From positions 496,001 to 560,000 of the forward strand of contig NIVC01000025.1 of NCBI GenBank assembly GCA_002269645.1: a DNA stretch of 64,000 nt, written 5' to 3'. Of this stretch, positions 62,840-64,000 are shown piece after piece. The stretch is from Macrostomum lignano (Eukaryota). A program made the position numbers and the translations under genes. Positions within the stretch are counted from its first letter, which is position 1. Every line of letters begins with the position of its first letter. The notes under the pieces are model-generated. The model had not been told where the DNA came from, made no database searches, and saw only the letters and a list, made by a program, of their open reading frames with translations.

Positions 62840-63240
62840 AGAGGAGAGGAGAGAAGAGCAGAGGAGAGGAGAGGAGAGGAGAGGAGAGGAGAGGAGAGGA
62901 GAGGAGAGGAGAGGAGAGGAGAGGAGAGGAGAGGAGAGGAGAGGAGAGGAGAGGAGAGGAGAGGAGAGGAGAGGAGAGGAGAGGAGAGGAGAGGAGAGGA
63001 GAGGAGAGGAGAGGAGAGGAGAGGAGAGGAGAGGAGAGGAGAGGAGAGGAGAGGAGAGAGAGAGGAGAGGAGAGGAGAGGAGAGGAGAGGAGAGGAGAGG
63101 AGAGGAGAGGAGAGGAGAGGAGAGGAGAGGAGAGGAGAGGAGAGGAGAGGAGAGGAGAGGAGAGGAGAGGAGAGGAGAGGAGAGGAGAGGAGAGGAGAGG
63201 AGAGGAGAGGAGAGGAGAGGAGAGGAGAGGAGAGGAGAGA
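62840..63240. repeat. (GAGAG)n pentanucleotide microsatellite
   Basis: Direct reading. Confidence 0.98.
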
Positions 63241-64000
63241 GCTGAGAAGATGCAAACATTGAGCGGTTCGGATTGCTATTATGAAGTTTCAACCGACCCG
63301 AGGGCCGGATAGAGAGGCTCTATGCTTTTTCGTTTTTCACTGACTAGCTCTATCGACCAACGTGCACTGCTATTGTCCCCTCCAAAATTGCTTAACATTT
63401 TACACCATTTCTTAGTGCAAAGAACATACACTTAGCAGTAGAAAATTGCCAGCAAAAAGTGCGTGAGGTACGATTTGATCTCAAGTGAGCTGGACTCTTT
63501 AGGTCTATCAAAAAATTGGAACAGAAATCCAAAGTGCAAGTCCGATAAGTTCTAATCAGTAAAATCCTTTACAATCATTTAAAATCAATGGATCTCATCT
63601 AAATAAAAACAAGAAAACAAGTTTTATGAATAACCGCTGAAAATTTTCGAGGTCGAGAAAAATTATGGCACGGCTGTTATGAATTGAAACGCTGGCGCAA
63701 CACCTTCATTGAAGCCTTCGGCGACGCTCACACAGGGTGTACACAAGGACTACTCAAGTAGAAGGACCGGAAACTACGTTTCTTAAAAAATGTTTATGAG
63801 CCTTCTTTTCGCCGAAAAATACACTACTTAGATAGGAAGGTTCATTTTTTCAGCACAACAATCGTTATTGCTTTCGATAGGAGGCGGACCCAAATGTTCA
63901 TCTTTTGGTATGTTGTGCCTTTCTTATGGCTCTATTGATACTTATAAAGCTTTTCGTTCAGAAAATTAGGATTCCATGGTAATTTCTTATTCTACGTACA

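Overview
Eukaryotic, intron-containing animal genomic DNA. GC-rich exons, (GTCT)n and minisatellite-filled introns, and divergent TRP and Cys-loop paralogues suggest a flatworm such as Macrostomum; this is inference only. Host genes: (1) a minus-strand EGF/TSP1 single-pass membrane protein (333-14052); (2) an intronless orphan 2-TM ORF (23378-23944); (3) a short 1-TM ORF (34356-34742); (4) a complete 7-exon, 500-aa anion-selective Cys-loop receptor subunit (37322-50063); (5) two tandem divergent TRPC-like channel genes on the minus strand (52470-56210 complete, 725 aa; 57508->62567, first exon not found in the window). Roughly 30% of the window is tandem repeat. The 6-33 kb interval is a DNA-transposon nest. 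It holds an unclassified 6.4-kb element with 16-bp terminal inverted repeats sitting inside a (GTCT)n array and carrying a 238-bp satellite, a MITE with an 8-bp TSD, and a head-to-tail array of CCATAGAC...GTCTATGG units next to a Crypton-like recombinase fragment. It also holds a three-level nest (CCATAGAC element > P/Galileo-like THAP MITE > deleted CACTA) and an apparently intact 6.9-kb CACTA/CMC element. No rRNA, true tRNA or CRISPR array was found. All family assignments are by eye from motifs; no database searches were run.
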